The translations under genes were made by a program, and so were the position numbers. Under the pieces are notes generated by a model that saw nothing but the letters and a program-made list of their open reading frames with translations, ran no database searches and was not told where the DNA came from. Below are positions 18,097 to 30,787 of a DNA stretch of 41,227 bases, one piece after another; position 1 is the stretch's first letter, and each line of letters begins with the position of its first letter. This stretch comes from a virus (taxonomy: Duplodnaviria > Caudoviricetes), in the IMG/VR virus record IMGVR_UViG_3300032260_000009, positions 1-41,227 of that record; one strand, given 5' to 3'.

Positions 18097-21000
18097 TTAA
18101 ACTGCTCCCCAAGAAGTTCAGTTATAAAAATCAAGTACATTGGTAGTGGTATTATATATAACTAATCAAGTTGCAGGTGTTCATATTGCATCTCTTTGAG
18201 TAGTGGTCATTTTAGGTGGCAAGAACCCTTTAGTCGTTGACTGTACATTCAGTATAGCACTACCATCTAGTGTAGTTGTTCATATATTAACTTCTCATTC
18301 AGCAAAGACTATCATTCTAGTTGAGCTTCATACTGATCAACTAGCAGTAGTCATTATTTCAAATTGAGATGGGCTACTTGTAGCACTTGGAGTGCCTTGT
18401 GCTCTAAACCTAATTCTTCAACTCATCTGAAGACTTGTTCAAGTATGCATTAATGAATATATAGCCATTATCTCCTCTCAGTCAAGTACTGTTGTTGGAC
18501 TTGCTTCAGTTCCATTTGCTCTACCAAAGAATACATTATTAGTAGCACCATAATGTATTCCTCAAAAAGTTCAAGTCACACTAGTATCTGTATTCAATAC
18601 GAATGCTGTGGGTAAATCAATGCTATTGAAAGGTATAGTTGAATTCAATATAGATAATGTTTGATTTCAGTTTTCTATATATAATCTACTAGTCGCAGCT
18701 GAAGGACCTATTATATCTAATCTATTATTTGTATCATCCCAAAATAGATTAGGGTTATCTTCTAGTATTTCTCAGTTAGTACCAAAGAATGGTATAGATC
18801 CTGATGTTTTATCTGTAAGAAATAGTCAATTACTTATTTTTACTTCTGCATTACCATCTTCACTTATTTTTATAGCTTCTGTTGGACTTGTTGTTCCATT
18901 TTCAACAACTGAAAAAATCATTTTAGTACCCCATGTTGTCGGAGACCAATTTTCAGTAGCGAAAAATGCAATTTGCCCCACTGCTGTATAACTAGTACCA
19001 TCATGTCAACCTGATATAATAGAGAATTGCTTATCTCCATTCTGAATAGCAGTAGGTGAAGCTTCCGTTCATCTAGCTTTATATCATAAAAAAGATGGTG
19101 CAGCAGTCGAAGCATTATTTTGTGTAAAAAATCTTTGTGCTGTTATAACACTTTCTCAAGATATAGTTAAAGGAAAGAGACTAGAAGGTAAATTAGTTGT
19201 CTTATCTCATCCTATCTTTATTCAAGTAGAATGGGCATAACTATTAGTCTCATCTACAGTAAGAACATTACCTATATTAATATCTCATTTAGTAGCATTA
19301 CTAGTCGAGAATAGATTTAAAGGGTCTCAAGCTCAAGTTCATCAGTATATTGTTTGTCATCAAACTCTACCAGATAATAAAGCATATTGTAAATGGTCAT
19401 CATCTGCTAATCAAGATAAATTTCAATGGTCTGATGTTGCAGCTGCACTAAATGTAGTTGTAAACGCACTTAATATAGATTGTGCAACTGTATCATTTCA
19501 TTGAAATACAATTCTTCAGATAAGAATAGAGTTATTCTGAAGCCTAACTGGTAAATTAGGAGATGCTGGAGCTTCTTCTGCTTCTGATAATGAATTATAT
19601 TGTGCAGGAGCATATATTCTTACTAAATCTCATTCTCAATTTAAATAAAAATCTTGGAAAGAGAATTTACTTGAAGGCGATATCGCAACTAATCAAACTG
19701 TTATATCATTATATTGAGTATTATTCCATTGTGTATCTCAAGTTACTTTAGTCCAAGTAGTATAACTATCAGTAGTATAATAACTATCAAATGTATCTGT
19801 TAATGATGTATCCTTTGCATCTACAGGTACTTTGTTATATTTTCTCCATATTTTTCATGCATCTACTGTTATATTCCTAGTTCAAGTCTCTCACAGAATT
19901 AATCAGGTATTATCTGCTCTAGCTACTGGTAATAAAGAATAAGCTCTTTGTTGACCTTGACTTCTTGCTTGTTGTTTTAGTTGTGATATATGTAATGTAG
20001 TTCATTCTCTTACTATTTCAGCAACTTCATATTTATCATTTTCATTTTCTAAAACATCAGCTCTAACAGTAGTAGAAGCGTATATAGGAGTTCAAGCATT
20101 ATAATCTACATATACTATATTACTGGCTCAATCAACTAAAGTTACATTAGTATTTTCATCTATATCAAAACTCTTAAGTTGTGCTTGGTCTGTATTAGCT
20201 ATTCTTATTAATCAAGTTCATGCTACAACTGTAACACTTCAATCGGTATTATCAGTTATTTCACTTCAACTTACCCATCAAGCATTAAATCATATATTAA
20301 ATATATCTTGTAATGAATTATTAGTAGGACCATTTAATAGAATATTTTCATCTATTATATCAGTATTAACTACTAATGCTCAGTTTTCATCTAATTCTAC
20401 TTTATTTAATGTTCAAGTTCATTTATTATCTAGTGTTGTTCTTATGTTATTAAAACCACTATCTAATGTATTTCAAGAAGGAATATCACAATGATAATCA
20501 TTAGTAAATCAACTTACTAATATTGAACTATTAAACTCTTTAATTGTTTGAGGTCATCAAGTAGCTGTAATTCATACGAATTCTCAACTTCAAGCTCAAG
20601 TAGCTATAGTATATACATTATTAAGTCTTTTATCTACTCAAGCAATATTACTTTTAAACAACCCATAAGTTCAACTATAAGAAGCATTAGTAATTGTTGG
20701 GCTATGTAAAACAACATTAAAACTTGATATAGCACTACTATCATCATCCATTAAAAATACATTTCAACTAGATTGTGATATAGTAGGAATAAATGTTACT
20801 CAAGTAACTGTGTATCCTAAAGCTCATCAAGACCTAATTAAGTTAGTAGTTCACGTATTAGCTCAAGTATCTGTACTAGTAAAATATACCGTCATATTTA
20901 ATAGTTCAAAATAACTTCATCTACCATCTATTATAGTCGGTTGAATATTAGCAGTAGATGTTGATAGATCTATAGTTATAAAATCACCAATAAGTACACA

Positions 21001-21552
21001 TCAAGGATTAGTATTTAAATCTATTTGAGGTGATCAATCAGTGGTTATATGCACTAATTGCATTCTAACTAAAAAGTTTTCTCAATTTCAAGTAATCTTT
21101 CAAGTTAGTCTAGTTCAGTTATTACCATCTAAATAAAGATAAGGTTTTAAAACAATATCTTCAGTAAATAATCCTGTTATATCTATAGTATACTTTTTAT
21201 TAATACTAGCATCTGTTATTTGGTCTATTGCCCTCTGTATAGTAGCAAAAGGAGCGTTTACACTACCTCATCCAGTAGCTATAGTTAAAGTATCATCTCA
21301 AGTAACACTATTTGCATATACTGTTTGACTTGTAGCATATAATGGTTTTGCTGTATTTGTGGGGTCGTATACTGTTTTAAGCATATCAGCTCAAGCAGTG
21401 ATTCAGTCTAACTTTGTTTTATCTCAATCAACAAAAGGTCATTCTGCTAATATCTCCTGTTTATCAATATTGAGGTTACTAAAATTAGTATTTATAACTC
21501 ATCTAGATACTGCTCAATTATCAGACTCGTTTAATGGTGTTATTGTTGCCAT
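18097..21552 (-). CDS. Long tail fibre / receptor-binding protein (1151 aa)
   Basis: G/T/S-rich in code 25; GDDTLT..G..NAPFATIQRAID; C-terminal GFLPPKMTTTQRDAIGTPATGLVIYNTT. Confidence 0.8.
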
Positions 21553-21562
21553 AGCTTAATTA

Positions 21563-22393
21563 TTAAGTATCTAAATTAACTGTAGGATTCCTATCTGTCT
21601 GGGTTTCATCATAATAAATTCTAAAATTCCTATAATATCAGAATCATCAAACAGAAGTATCACTTTTAGCATATAATTGTATTAGATCTCATGCTGCAAA
21701 TGTTAGATCCTCTGAGTAAGTAGTATATGTACTACTAGTTGTAGTTCTTTCAGTTCATACAGGACTACCATTTTTATATATTCTCCCAAACATTGTTGTA
21801 TTAGGATTATTATCAGAATTTCTTATGTCAAATTTTATTCTTATAGTTCATCAGTCTACATAATTACCAAATAGAATTTCTTTGTATTTAGTATAAGTTC
21901 AAACTCAAGGTCAAATAGGAGTTTGTCATTCTGTATCAGCACTAGCTTTTAAGTTATCTGATGCAATAACTCATGTGGTCAATAACTGTTTAGGATTTAT
22001 AGCTACTGTAGTTTCTGTTGAGTCTCAAGCTTGTGTATCAGTAGCTATAATCAATACATTATTAGCTATTTCATCATCTACATATTTTTTAGTAGCTGGT
22101 TCATAATCTGCATCAGGTGTAAAAGATATAGTATTATCAAGTTCTAATACATTAGTTTTATCAGCCTTATCGTTTCATAAAGCTACTACAGTACTGTTAG
22201 CTGATACTTTCGCTTCAGTATAATATTCATTAGTTCATTCAGCTAGATTACTAGTAGTTCTATCAGTAAATACTTCTGTTCATATTTCATCTACTGTTAT
22301 ATTGAAGTTAGTAACTCAATCTGAACTCCATATTTTATCTGTAGAGTCAGCTGAACCTTTATCTGGGTAATCTGTTGGAAATCTATTTCACAT
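21563..22393 (-). CDS. Short tail fibre/appendage protein (276 aa)
   Basis: Begins ATG-TGA; TSNLAEGTNEYYTEAKV and YEPATKKYVDD fibre motifs; beta-rich C-terminus. Confidence 0.7.
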
Positions 22394-22410
22394 AATATTA
22401 TAGTTATTTT

Positions 22411-22701
22411 TTAATTCCAATTAGTATCAATTTTATTAACCTCATTACCTGATATTCATAATACTTGTTCTCAAGATAAATCAAGTATATTCGCTCAAGT
22501 TAAATCTTCTAGAAATAAATTATATCTACTATTATCCCAGTTAGTTATTAATTCCTCTATAACAAATTGCCAAGGGAAAAAATCTACTTCCCAAGGAAAG
22601 ACAGTTTCACTCCATAGAACACTTATTGCTCTTGATTTTGTCCATCAAGTAACAGGAGGTGTTCTATCTCACCAGTTTGTTGTTGGTTTACTTCTAGGCA
22701 T
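22411..22701 (-). CDS. Trp-rich small virion-region protein (96 aa)
   Basis: Repeated TNW/PW motifs; open in code 25. Confidence 0.65.
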
Positions 22702-22717
22702 AATTAGTATTTAAAAG

Positions 22718-22795
22718 TTATTTCTTTTTCTTAATCTTTTTAGCTTGTTTACTAGTTCTTCAAGCTTTCTTATATGTTCATTTTCAACAAGGCAT
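22718..22795 (-). CDS. Tiny basic peptide (25 aa)
   Basis: MPCGKGTYKKAGRTSKQAKKIKKKK*. Confidence 0.5.
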
Positions 22796-22855
22796 AATCT
22801 AATAGTTATTGTATAAATTTATTGTACTAGTGTTCTTAGCTTCATATACACATAG

Positions 22856-22884
22856 TTGCATTATTTTTTCATATATGTTATACT
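22856..22884 (+). promoter_or_regulatory. Promoter of an antisense-oriented membrane gene
   Basis: TTGCAT-17-TATACT with an extended TG. Confidence 0.75.
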
Positions 22885-22927
22885 TATTTTGTAGTTAAGA
22901 ACTACTTTTAATAATTAATTAATATAT

Positions 22928-23074
22928 ATGTCAGATAAAATAGTGGAATTTTTAATAAAATTAATCTTCTTTATAGTTGTTAGTATCTTGTTATTTAATT
23001 TAATATCTAATGTCTTATTATTAGCATTTTGTATATTAGTATTATTTCTAGCTACTTTTGTAATAAGAGATTAA
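22928..23074 (+). CDS. Small two-TM membrane protein (48 aa), candidate superinfection exclusion
   Basis: MSDKIVEFLIKLIFFIVVSILLFNLISNVLLLAFCILVLFLATFVIRD*; own promoter; convergent with the ejection gene. Confidence 0.7.
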   Translation: MSDKIVEFLIKLIFFIVVSILLFNLISNVLLLAFCILVLFLATFVIRD

Positions 23075-23075
23075 C

Positions 23076-24974
23076 TTACTCTTGTTCATTCCCTAATAAT
23101 GAAGCTGCTTCGAGGGTCAGAGGACTCTCAACAGCTTTTTTTGTTCACTTTTCTAATTCTCATAATATTTTATTAAATATTATGGTAGCTTCATTTTGTA
23201 ATTTTACATCACTCAGCTTATCTGCCTTCTTTGTCAAACTCTCTAATTTCTTTAGATTATTGACTAAGTTAGATTGTATATCTAATACATCTAATTTTTG
23301 ACTGGACACACTTCTAGGTAAAAATCAAGAAATGAATCATTTAACAGTTCATAAAGTAGCGGCATCAACAGATCTACCTAACTTATTAGCTATCTTAACT
23401 AAAACCCCTCTTTCTACAACTTTAGCACGCAGTTTATCTATCTTATCAGCCATCTTTTGTATCAATTCTCTAGTTTCAAATAGCTTACTTAACTCTCAGT
23501 CTAATATTTTCACAGTTTCATCTGGTAGTAGTTCTCTAGATTTATTTTTAAGTCATTTTCTTATATTTTCAAATCTAGATGCCGTAAGTGTAGACTTTTG
23601 TGTTCCATCTTTAGCAAAGATCTTATTCTTAAATTCACTTCAATAAAATCTTGCTAAATCGTTTATATCTTTAACACTTAATTTATCTTTACCTTTTATA
23701 TCATCTACCCTATTCAAGAGATTCAAGTCACTAGTCTCATTCCCTACTTTATCTAAATCATCTAGTGCTTTTTGAATGAAATTTGTTTTTCTTTTTCATT
23801 GAGTTGTTACTAACTCAGATAACCTTAGAACTTCTTCTTTAGGTAATAAATTATCTTGTTTTTGAGATATTTCTGTGATTTTCTGTCATAATGATGTATC
23901 TAAATCATCATATGTCTTTATTTGTTTAGTATCTATCTTTCACAAACTTTCTTTAAGAGCAGGTATATTCTTCTTTACTCCTTGTCATATTTCTAGTAAA
24001 ATATCATCTAAAGGCTTATCAGGAAATATTTTTGAGATTCATTTTTTTCAAAGTCATATTATATCTCACTGTAACTTTATAGGATTGGTAATATTCTCTA
24101 GTTTATCTAGTTTATCTACTAATCAAGTCATATTCTTACTCTTAGCTATATTCTTAGCTATTCATACTCATCAAGTAACAGTTAATAGTATATCTGTTGG
24201 GTTCTCTATTATTAATTCCTTAATTCTTCAAGGCTGGTTAGAGATTCTATCCATTTCAGTTGCTATGGTATCTTTTAAAATTTGTCTCTCAGGTGTAGTA
24301 AATAATCATTCTCATTTAATCTTTGCTAGATTATCTTCTGACATTCATAATTTTCTTCATATATTTTGTCATACATCAGTAGAGAAAGCCTTATTTAATC
24401 ACTGTTCTACAGCAGTTCAAGCAAGTTCATTAACTGATTGAACAGTTCATACTGGATCAGAAATAACTTTTATCAAATCTCAAGCTAACTGTACTGTATT
24501 TCAAGGTAAGTTAGCAAGAAATTTAGTAGCACCTCATGCTAGTCATGTTTCAACAAATTCTTCCGTTTCTCATTTAAATGGCTTTAAAAATTGTCATACT
24601 TTACTTATAGCTCTTCCTGTTTTTACTCATACATCCAATCAAGATATTTCTTCAGGTTCTTTTGGTGTTACAGTAGCAGGGGCTTGTAATTCCATTCATT
24701 CTATAGTATAGCCTTTCTCTTTAGCTAGATCTAATCAATTGTTATAAATCTCTTGATCACTTAATCAAGGGTTCAATTCTTTTAATTGATCTAATTTATT
24801 AAAGAACTCTTGTTTACTAAGTCTCTTAGATTCCATATCTTTTATATCCTTAGATACTTGTGAATCTATTTGTTGTGTATCAACTCATAAACCTTTAAGA
24901 ACATCTAAAGTTAAAAAGTCTTTAGATGTTCAAGGTTGCATAAATCAAGGTGTTATATCTGTCGTATTTGCCAT
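23076..24974 (-). CDS. Putative internal virion/DNA ejection protein 2 (632 aa)
   Basis: Long helical ORF in code 25, at the position of podovirus ejection genes. Confidence 0.65.
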
Positions 24975-24987
24975 AATTTTATTGTTA

Positions 24988-27900
24988 TTAAAATACTCAT
25001 TCACTATTTATAGTAGTTCAACCAGACTTCCATTCATTAAATAGATCATCTTGTCATAGTGTTGTATCCATAGGGGTTACTTCTCAAGTATATAATCCTG
25101 CTCTCACATCTCTATCAAATAAACTATTTGTATCTAACATTGGTAATTCTTTATCTTGTCTAAAATCATTTAATTCTCATAAAGCTTGATCTTTAAAAGA
25201 ATTAACCTTTATCTTAAAGTTAATAGTAGAATCAAATAATTTAGGTAATACTCAATCTAAGAATTCTTCCTCAGTAGGTGTTACAGCAGAACCTAGATTT
25301 TTTAATCTAAAATCTGATACAAGCCTTGTAGCATCATTTTTTAATTCCGTAGCTTCTGGGCTTTTAAACCTACCTAGCCATTGCTCAATTGTTCATTCAA
25401 AGCTTCAAATAGGATTATTTCTTCATTCGTCAGTATTCTCTAATGCTGTTATCTTCGTAATTAAATCATCAGCTCTTCTAGACATACTTCTTGTCAATCT
25501 TTCTGAAACAAATCAGTCTGGGTCACTAGTTCTAGCTTGTGATAAAATAGCATCCTCAACTTTTTTAGTGGCAGAAGATAATTTACCCTGACTTAATAAA
25601 TCTCATAATCTTCTCATATCAAAATCTGATAAATCCACATTATTTGATATTAAAGTGTCTTTAAATACTTGTCATAATTCTTTATTATCAGTTGGCTGAA
25701 AGAAAAGTATCTGATCTATAATATCACTTACCTCCATTCATTCAGCAACTCATTTTTTAACAAAATCTGTAACTCTTGCTCATTCAGTATCTGATACTCT
25801 AGAACCAAATAATGATTTACCTATATTAAATATTAAAGCATCTTCTTCTAGACTTCAAGGTTGAACTCATAATCAAGTAACTTGTCCTCCTATAAATTGA
25901 TTAGGGTCTATCCAATTACCACCTTTTAGACTAAAGTCTCAGTTATCTGATACTCTATAATCTAGATGGCTACCATCTCATCCCTCTCATGCTATAACAG
26001 TACCAGTATTTCACATACTAGCTATTACTTGTCCTCTTTCTACTCTTTTTCATACATTAGTATCTCATGCAGCTGACTGTAAATGATTATATACATGAAG
26101 TCTACCTTCATCATCTTCTATTACCATTCTTCTACCAAATCATCCGCTCTCGTTTGGTTCTTGTAATGCAACTACAGTTCATGAAGCAAAAGCTTGTATA
26201 GGATCTCATATTGCTCAATCTATATCTACTCATGGTGTTCATGTTTGTCAGCTAGCAAGTGGTACATTATCAGTAGTGACAGGTGATGTAGCTCAATATT
26301 GTTGAGTTACTTGTCCTGTTCATGTAGTAATAGCTTCTTGTGTTCAAGTAGTTGGAATAGATGGTATTCATTTAGGAGTAATTTCTCATTCCTCAACCGT
26401 TATAAATTCAACATCTCAAGTCTGAGGATTCATCTTTGCTATTACTCAAGCTTGTGGTGTAGTAAATTGGAAGCTACTTTTATTTAGAGATGACTTAGCC
26501 TCTGCTAATGCTAGTTCATAAGAGAATTTTTTAGCCATTTGTGCATCTCAAGCTATAAGTGCTTGTTTTCTTGCTTCCTCAGCCCTCTCTATTTCATCAG
26601 CTATTAATTGATCTTGTCTTTCTATATCCTGTTGTCTGATTACATCTCCTCTTTGTATACCATACATTTGTCATAATAAATCAAGTCTTACATTGGCTTG
26701 ATTAGCTTTGAATTCAAATTCTCATTTTAGTTGTTCGTTCTTATATTGATATGTAGAAAAATCCACATTCTCTTGTCTCTGTAATACGAATAGTTGGTCA
26801 TCTATAGCGTCTAATTCTTGGTCAGCTATAGCTAACTGTTGAGATAGTGGTAAATTAGGATGTCTTTTTCTAATATTATCCATTACTTTTCTTTTCTCTA
26901 CCTGTAATTCATCTATCTTAGCTGATGTATTAGTTAGACTAGATTGTATAGAATTTATCTCTGTGTTACCATTTTTAAACTCAGTATAATTATTAGCTAA
27001 ATCTCATAATACAGAATTTACACTCTTTATATAGTCAGTATCTAAATTTTCTAGATTTGTCTGATTCTTCTTAGTTGTTGATTCAACTTTTTCTCATGCT
27101 ATTACTTTTCATGTATCATTAATATTAGTTACTTTAGTTGATTGTTCCCATTCCTCTCTAGCCTGTATCATTTCAGCTGTAGGTTGTCATCCATTCATCT
27201 TAACTAATCTATCCCAAGTTTCTCATCATACACCTATTTCATTATTTTTAAATCCTTGTACATATGTATCTACAGGTGCTCATTTATATTTAGAGTATGT
27301 TTCATAAGCTTTAGTAGCTCTTATAGCTTCTGTATTATTAGGATCAATTTTTACATTAGGTCAAAATTGATCAAATAGATCTATTGCTTGATCTATGTTA
27401 TCAGGTTGAAAAGTTAAAGTTCAATCTTTATTAACATCATATTGTATTCAATTAGCATTAGCAAATGATTCTTGTGCTGAGTCAGTTCTACCTATCTTTT
27501 TTCTTATAGGATTACCTCATTCATCTATAGTCCATTGGAATCTTTCTCAGTTAATCTCTCATACAAGAGTATCTCATACCTGTTCCGCTTCTGTTCAATA
27601 TCTATTAGTAATTAATTCTGATAGTTCAGTAAAAGTTCATCCAGCATCTTTAAATCAAGCTATATCAGTGATAGGCTTTGGTTCTTCTGGTACTTCTTCT
27701 TCTACTGGTACTTCTGGTTCAGGTGTAGGTTCAACTGTTATTTGTGTAGGTTCTGTTTCAGGAGTTGGTACTTCTTCCTCTTTATCTTCGACTAATCTTC
27801 AAAATTTATCTCTAATACCTGTCTTCATTTCAAGATTAAATCTATCAGATGATTCTTGAGTGACTAGATTAGGGTCTCTAGGCTCAAGACTAGATTTCTT

Positions 27901-28107
27901 TAATTCACCTTGTTCTCCTTGAATTTGCTCTACTCTATCACTTCATATTATTTTACCTGTAACAGGATCTTTCTTTCAACTCGCTATTTCTTCAACATCT
28001 GAGATCTGATTACTCTCATTTATTTTCTTAACTTGATCTTCTGATAATCATGCCATACCTGTTTGACTAAAGGAATCAAATTTTTTATTGTCTTGTACTA
28101 GTACCAT
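24988..28107 (-). CDS. Putative DNA ejection protein 1 with internal M23 peptidase-like domain (1039 aa)
   Basis: Coiled-coil and P/E linker; GVDIDGAIGDPIQAFASGTV..GGFGRRMVI..YNHL..VERGQVIASMGNTG..GSHLDYRV at ~25945-26320. Confidence 0.8.
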
Positions 28108-28134
28108 AATTGATATTTATTATGTATTAATTTT

Positions 28135-28162
28135 AGTATATATATTTTAGATTAAGTTTCAA
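28135..28162 (-). promoter_or_regulatory. Internal promoter candidate before the ejection genes
   Basis: TTGAAA-16-TATACT. Confidence 0.5.
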
Positions 28163-28304
28163 CACTTATTGCTTGGTTAAGCTGTGGGACATTCAATCAA
28201 GGTATATCTTCTACTATAACTGGGTCGGTCTTTATGTCCTGTATCCAGTCTGGTATATATTCTTCTTTTATACCATTAGCTTTATCTTCTTCTATATAAG
28301 GCAT
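28152..28304 (-). CDS. Small acidic protein (50 aa)
   Basis: TAATG coupling to the upstream gene. Confidence 0.55.
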
Positions 28305-29746
28305 TAGTTTTTATTTATAGAGTAAGTTAGTTTAATTCCGTGAAAAAGAGGAGGTATATTATCTTGGTTATCATTATATATCTCTATTTTAAACTGTATA
28401 TCTACAAATTCATCACTTAAGTTTCAACTACCGTTATTAGTTGTGATTTTATGTCTCTTTATAGTGTCTGTAGCATCATTAATATTTCTTATAAGTACCC
28501 AGCTTCAATTATCTATTCTTTTATATATCTTTATATAATTACTTCAACTAGTATAACTAGTAGTAGCTTTAACTCCAGTGATTTTGTTAATCAAATTAGG
28601 TGGTCATCTAAATATTTGTGTAACAAAGTATCAAGATTGAGCTGTTGTAAGATTATCAAGTTCTAATTTATCTACTCAGTATATAGAACCTTGTTTATAT
28701 GAATAGTAGAGTGTATTAAGTCATTCAATATAAAATAGTCAATAGATATAATCTACATCTGTATTAGTATTATCTTCTGTTGTGATCTTATAAAATGCAT
28801 CTGCTAATCATTCAATTAGTTTTCAGTATTTATATATTCAAGGTTGAGTATCATTTGCTATAAAATAAGTATCTTTTTTACCTATTGCTATAGTTCTATT
28901 ATCCTCATCTCAAGTATTAAAGTTTAATTTACTTATATATTGAGAGTTATCTTCTAATCTTCTGCTTTGTCTACTATCTGATATTGGTACTAATTGATAC
29001 CCAGACATTATATAAATATCTCATGACTCAGAAGTTACATAATCTATTCAAGCTCTCTGTTCTACTCTTCTTATATTTACTCCTAAATCCAAGTTAGCTG
29101 ATATACTATTTGATACCCCATCCCATAATGAAAGATTACCATTATCGCTATAAACATAAAATTGAGTACCATGTACAGTTATTCATACTATATATTGTTT
29201 GAATAATGAAAAAATAGTCTCTACATCTCAAGTATCATATCTATATATTTTAGATCATATTCATATATAAGTAAAAGTGCCGTCTTGATACATAGGAGGA
29301 ACACTGGGACTTGTAAGTGAAGTTTGTACGGATTCATTTACTCAAGTAGTGAAGTCAGAGTTTATCCTACCTATACTATAGGTATCAGTTGCTGTTTGTA
29401 TAGCCATATAATACTTGCTACTAGGACTAAATATTACATTATGAATATCATCTGTACTAGGTAATGTATAAAAAGGTGTATTATCTACACTATCTCATCT
29501 ATAGACTACTCATCAGTCTCAATACATAAATAAGTTAGTAATAACTCATGAAACACTTCTATTATAAATACCTCTGATTATATTAGTTGAAGTTAATACT
29601 TGTTTAGTTGGTTTAGGTCATAGAGTTATACCGTAACCTGTTCTATTTCAGTCTAGATTCTCAGATTCTACAATACCCCAAGACTGAGATATTATATCAT
29701 CTTCTTGGAGTCATGGATAAAATGTATTTAATTCTATATTAGGCAT
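28304..29746 (-). CDS. Putative tail nozzle/stabilisation protein (P22 gp10-like position, 480 aa)
   Basis: Beta-propeller-like composition; lies after the adaptor. Confidence 0.65.
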
Positions 29747-29747
29747 A

Positions 29748-30482
29748 TTAAGTTAAATCAAGAATATAAGCATCTGACTTTACAGTCATCTCATTAGGAT
29801 AATTAAGAAAATGCGGTCAAGTAGCTCTATTTTTAAATTTATTTACTGCTAAATCTCTCTTTCTCTCGTATTCCTTGATTTCGAAACTAGCCTCGTCTTT
29901 TCTTCATTCTGATCTATGTATATATGGTAATAATCATTGAACTAATACATCGTGTAAGTATAAAGGAATTCATATATTAGGTTCAGTAGTTAGAATAGTA
30001 TAATCTACTATACTTTTAATACCTTTTAATTCTATACCATTAGCTATAGCTCAATCTATAGGGGCAGGAGCTACAAATATAGACTGATCAGCTATATAGT
30101 ATATAGGTTGTTCTTTATTTTGATTATTAGTGTAATAATTCCATGGATTAGGTAACCCAGCAGGATTTATTTCTTTAGCTCTTATATATTTTAGAGATCA
30201 ATCATCATACGTATCTCAATCATAATTAATATTAATAGATGAGATTTTTAGATTTCATTCTGTATCACTAGCCGCTTCAGGTATTACATACTCAGTTTGT
30301 CATACTACTGAATTAGTGGTCCATATATCCCAGTTCCAATCCTCTCATGCTCAAGTTATTAGATACGAAAATAAATCATTCTTAACTTGATTAAGGAATG
30401 GTAATAATCTTGTATTATTATAATCTGTATCATTAGTATTAGTTAGTTCTCTAGCCATCGTAAATATAGCTGGTGCATCCAT
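29748..30482 (-). CDS. Head-tail adaptor/connector protein (244 aa)
   Basis: LLPFLNQ..T..GQTEYVIP..QPIYYIADQSIFVAPAP..IPLYLHDVLVQG. Confidence 0.7.
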
Positions 30483-30538
30483 ATTAATATAATTAAGAAA
30501 CAAGAAGAAACCACCCACAAAAGTGAGTAGTTTTATTC

Positions 30539-30706
30539 CTATTTAGAAGCTTTAACTTCTTTAGGACCTTTTAGAGTCTTCACTTCATCAGCAGTAAACT
30601 CTCTACCAGATACATGTTTATGTAGTTTAGAATCTAGATTAGATGATTCTATTTTAGTCTTTTTAGGAAGACCATCCTTATTTGTAACCATAACATTTAT
30701 TTTCAT
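30539..30706 (-). CDS. Small protein after the capsid gene (55 aa)
   Basis: Open frame flanked by two terminator-like hairpins. Confidence 0.6.
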   Translation of the reverse strand: MKINVMVTNKDGLPKKTKIESSNLDSKLHKHVSGREFTADEVKTLKGPKEVKASK

Positions 30707-30787
30707 AATGTGCGTATTATAAATATAATATCTTGTTATTTAACAAGAAGAAACCTACCTCTTTAAAGAGATAAGCTCTATTCTTGT

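Noticed and set aside
18097-22393. Diversity-generating retroelement or shufflon acting on tail fibres
   Set aside because: No reverse transcriptase or invertase and no template/variable repeat pair seen
23029-24441. Plus-strand ORFs from the track (also 27668, 30852, 31305, 33752, 36168 and others)
   Set aside because: Antisense shadows of long code-25 minus-strand genes
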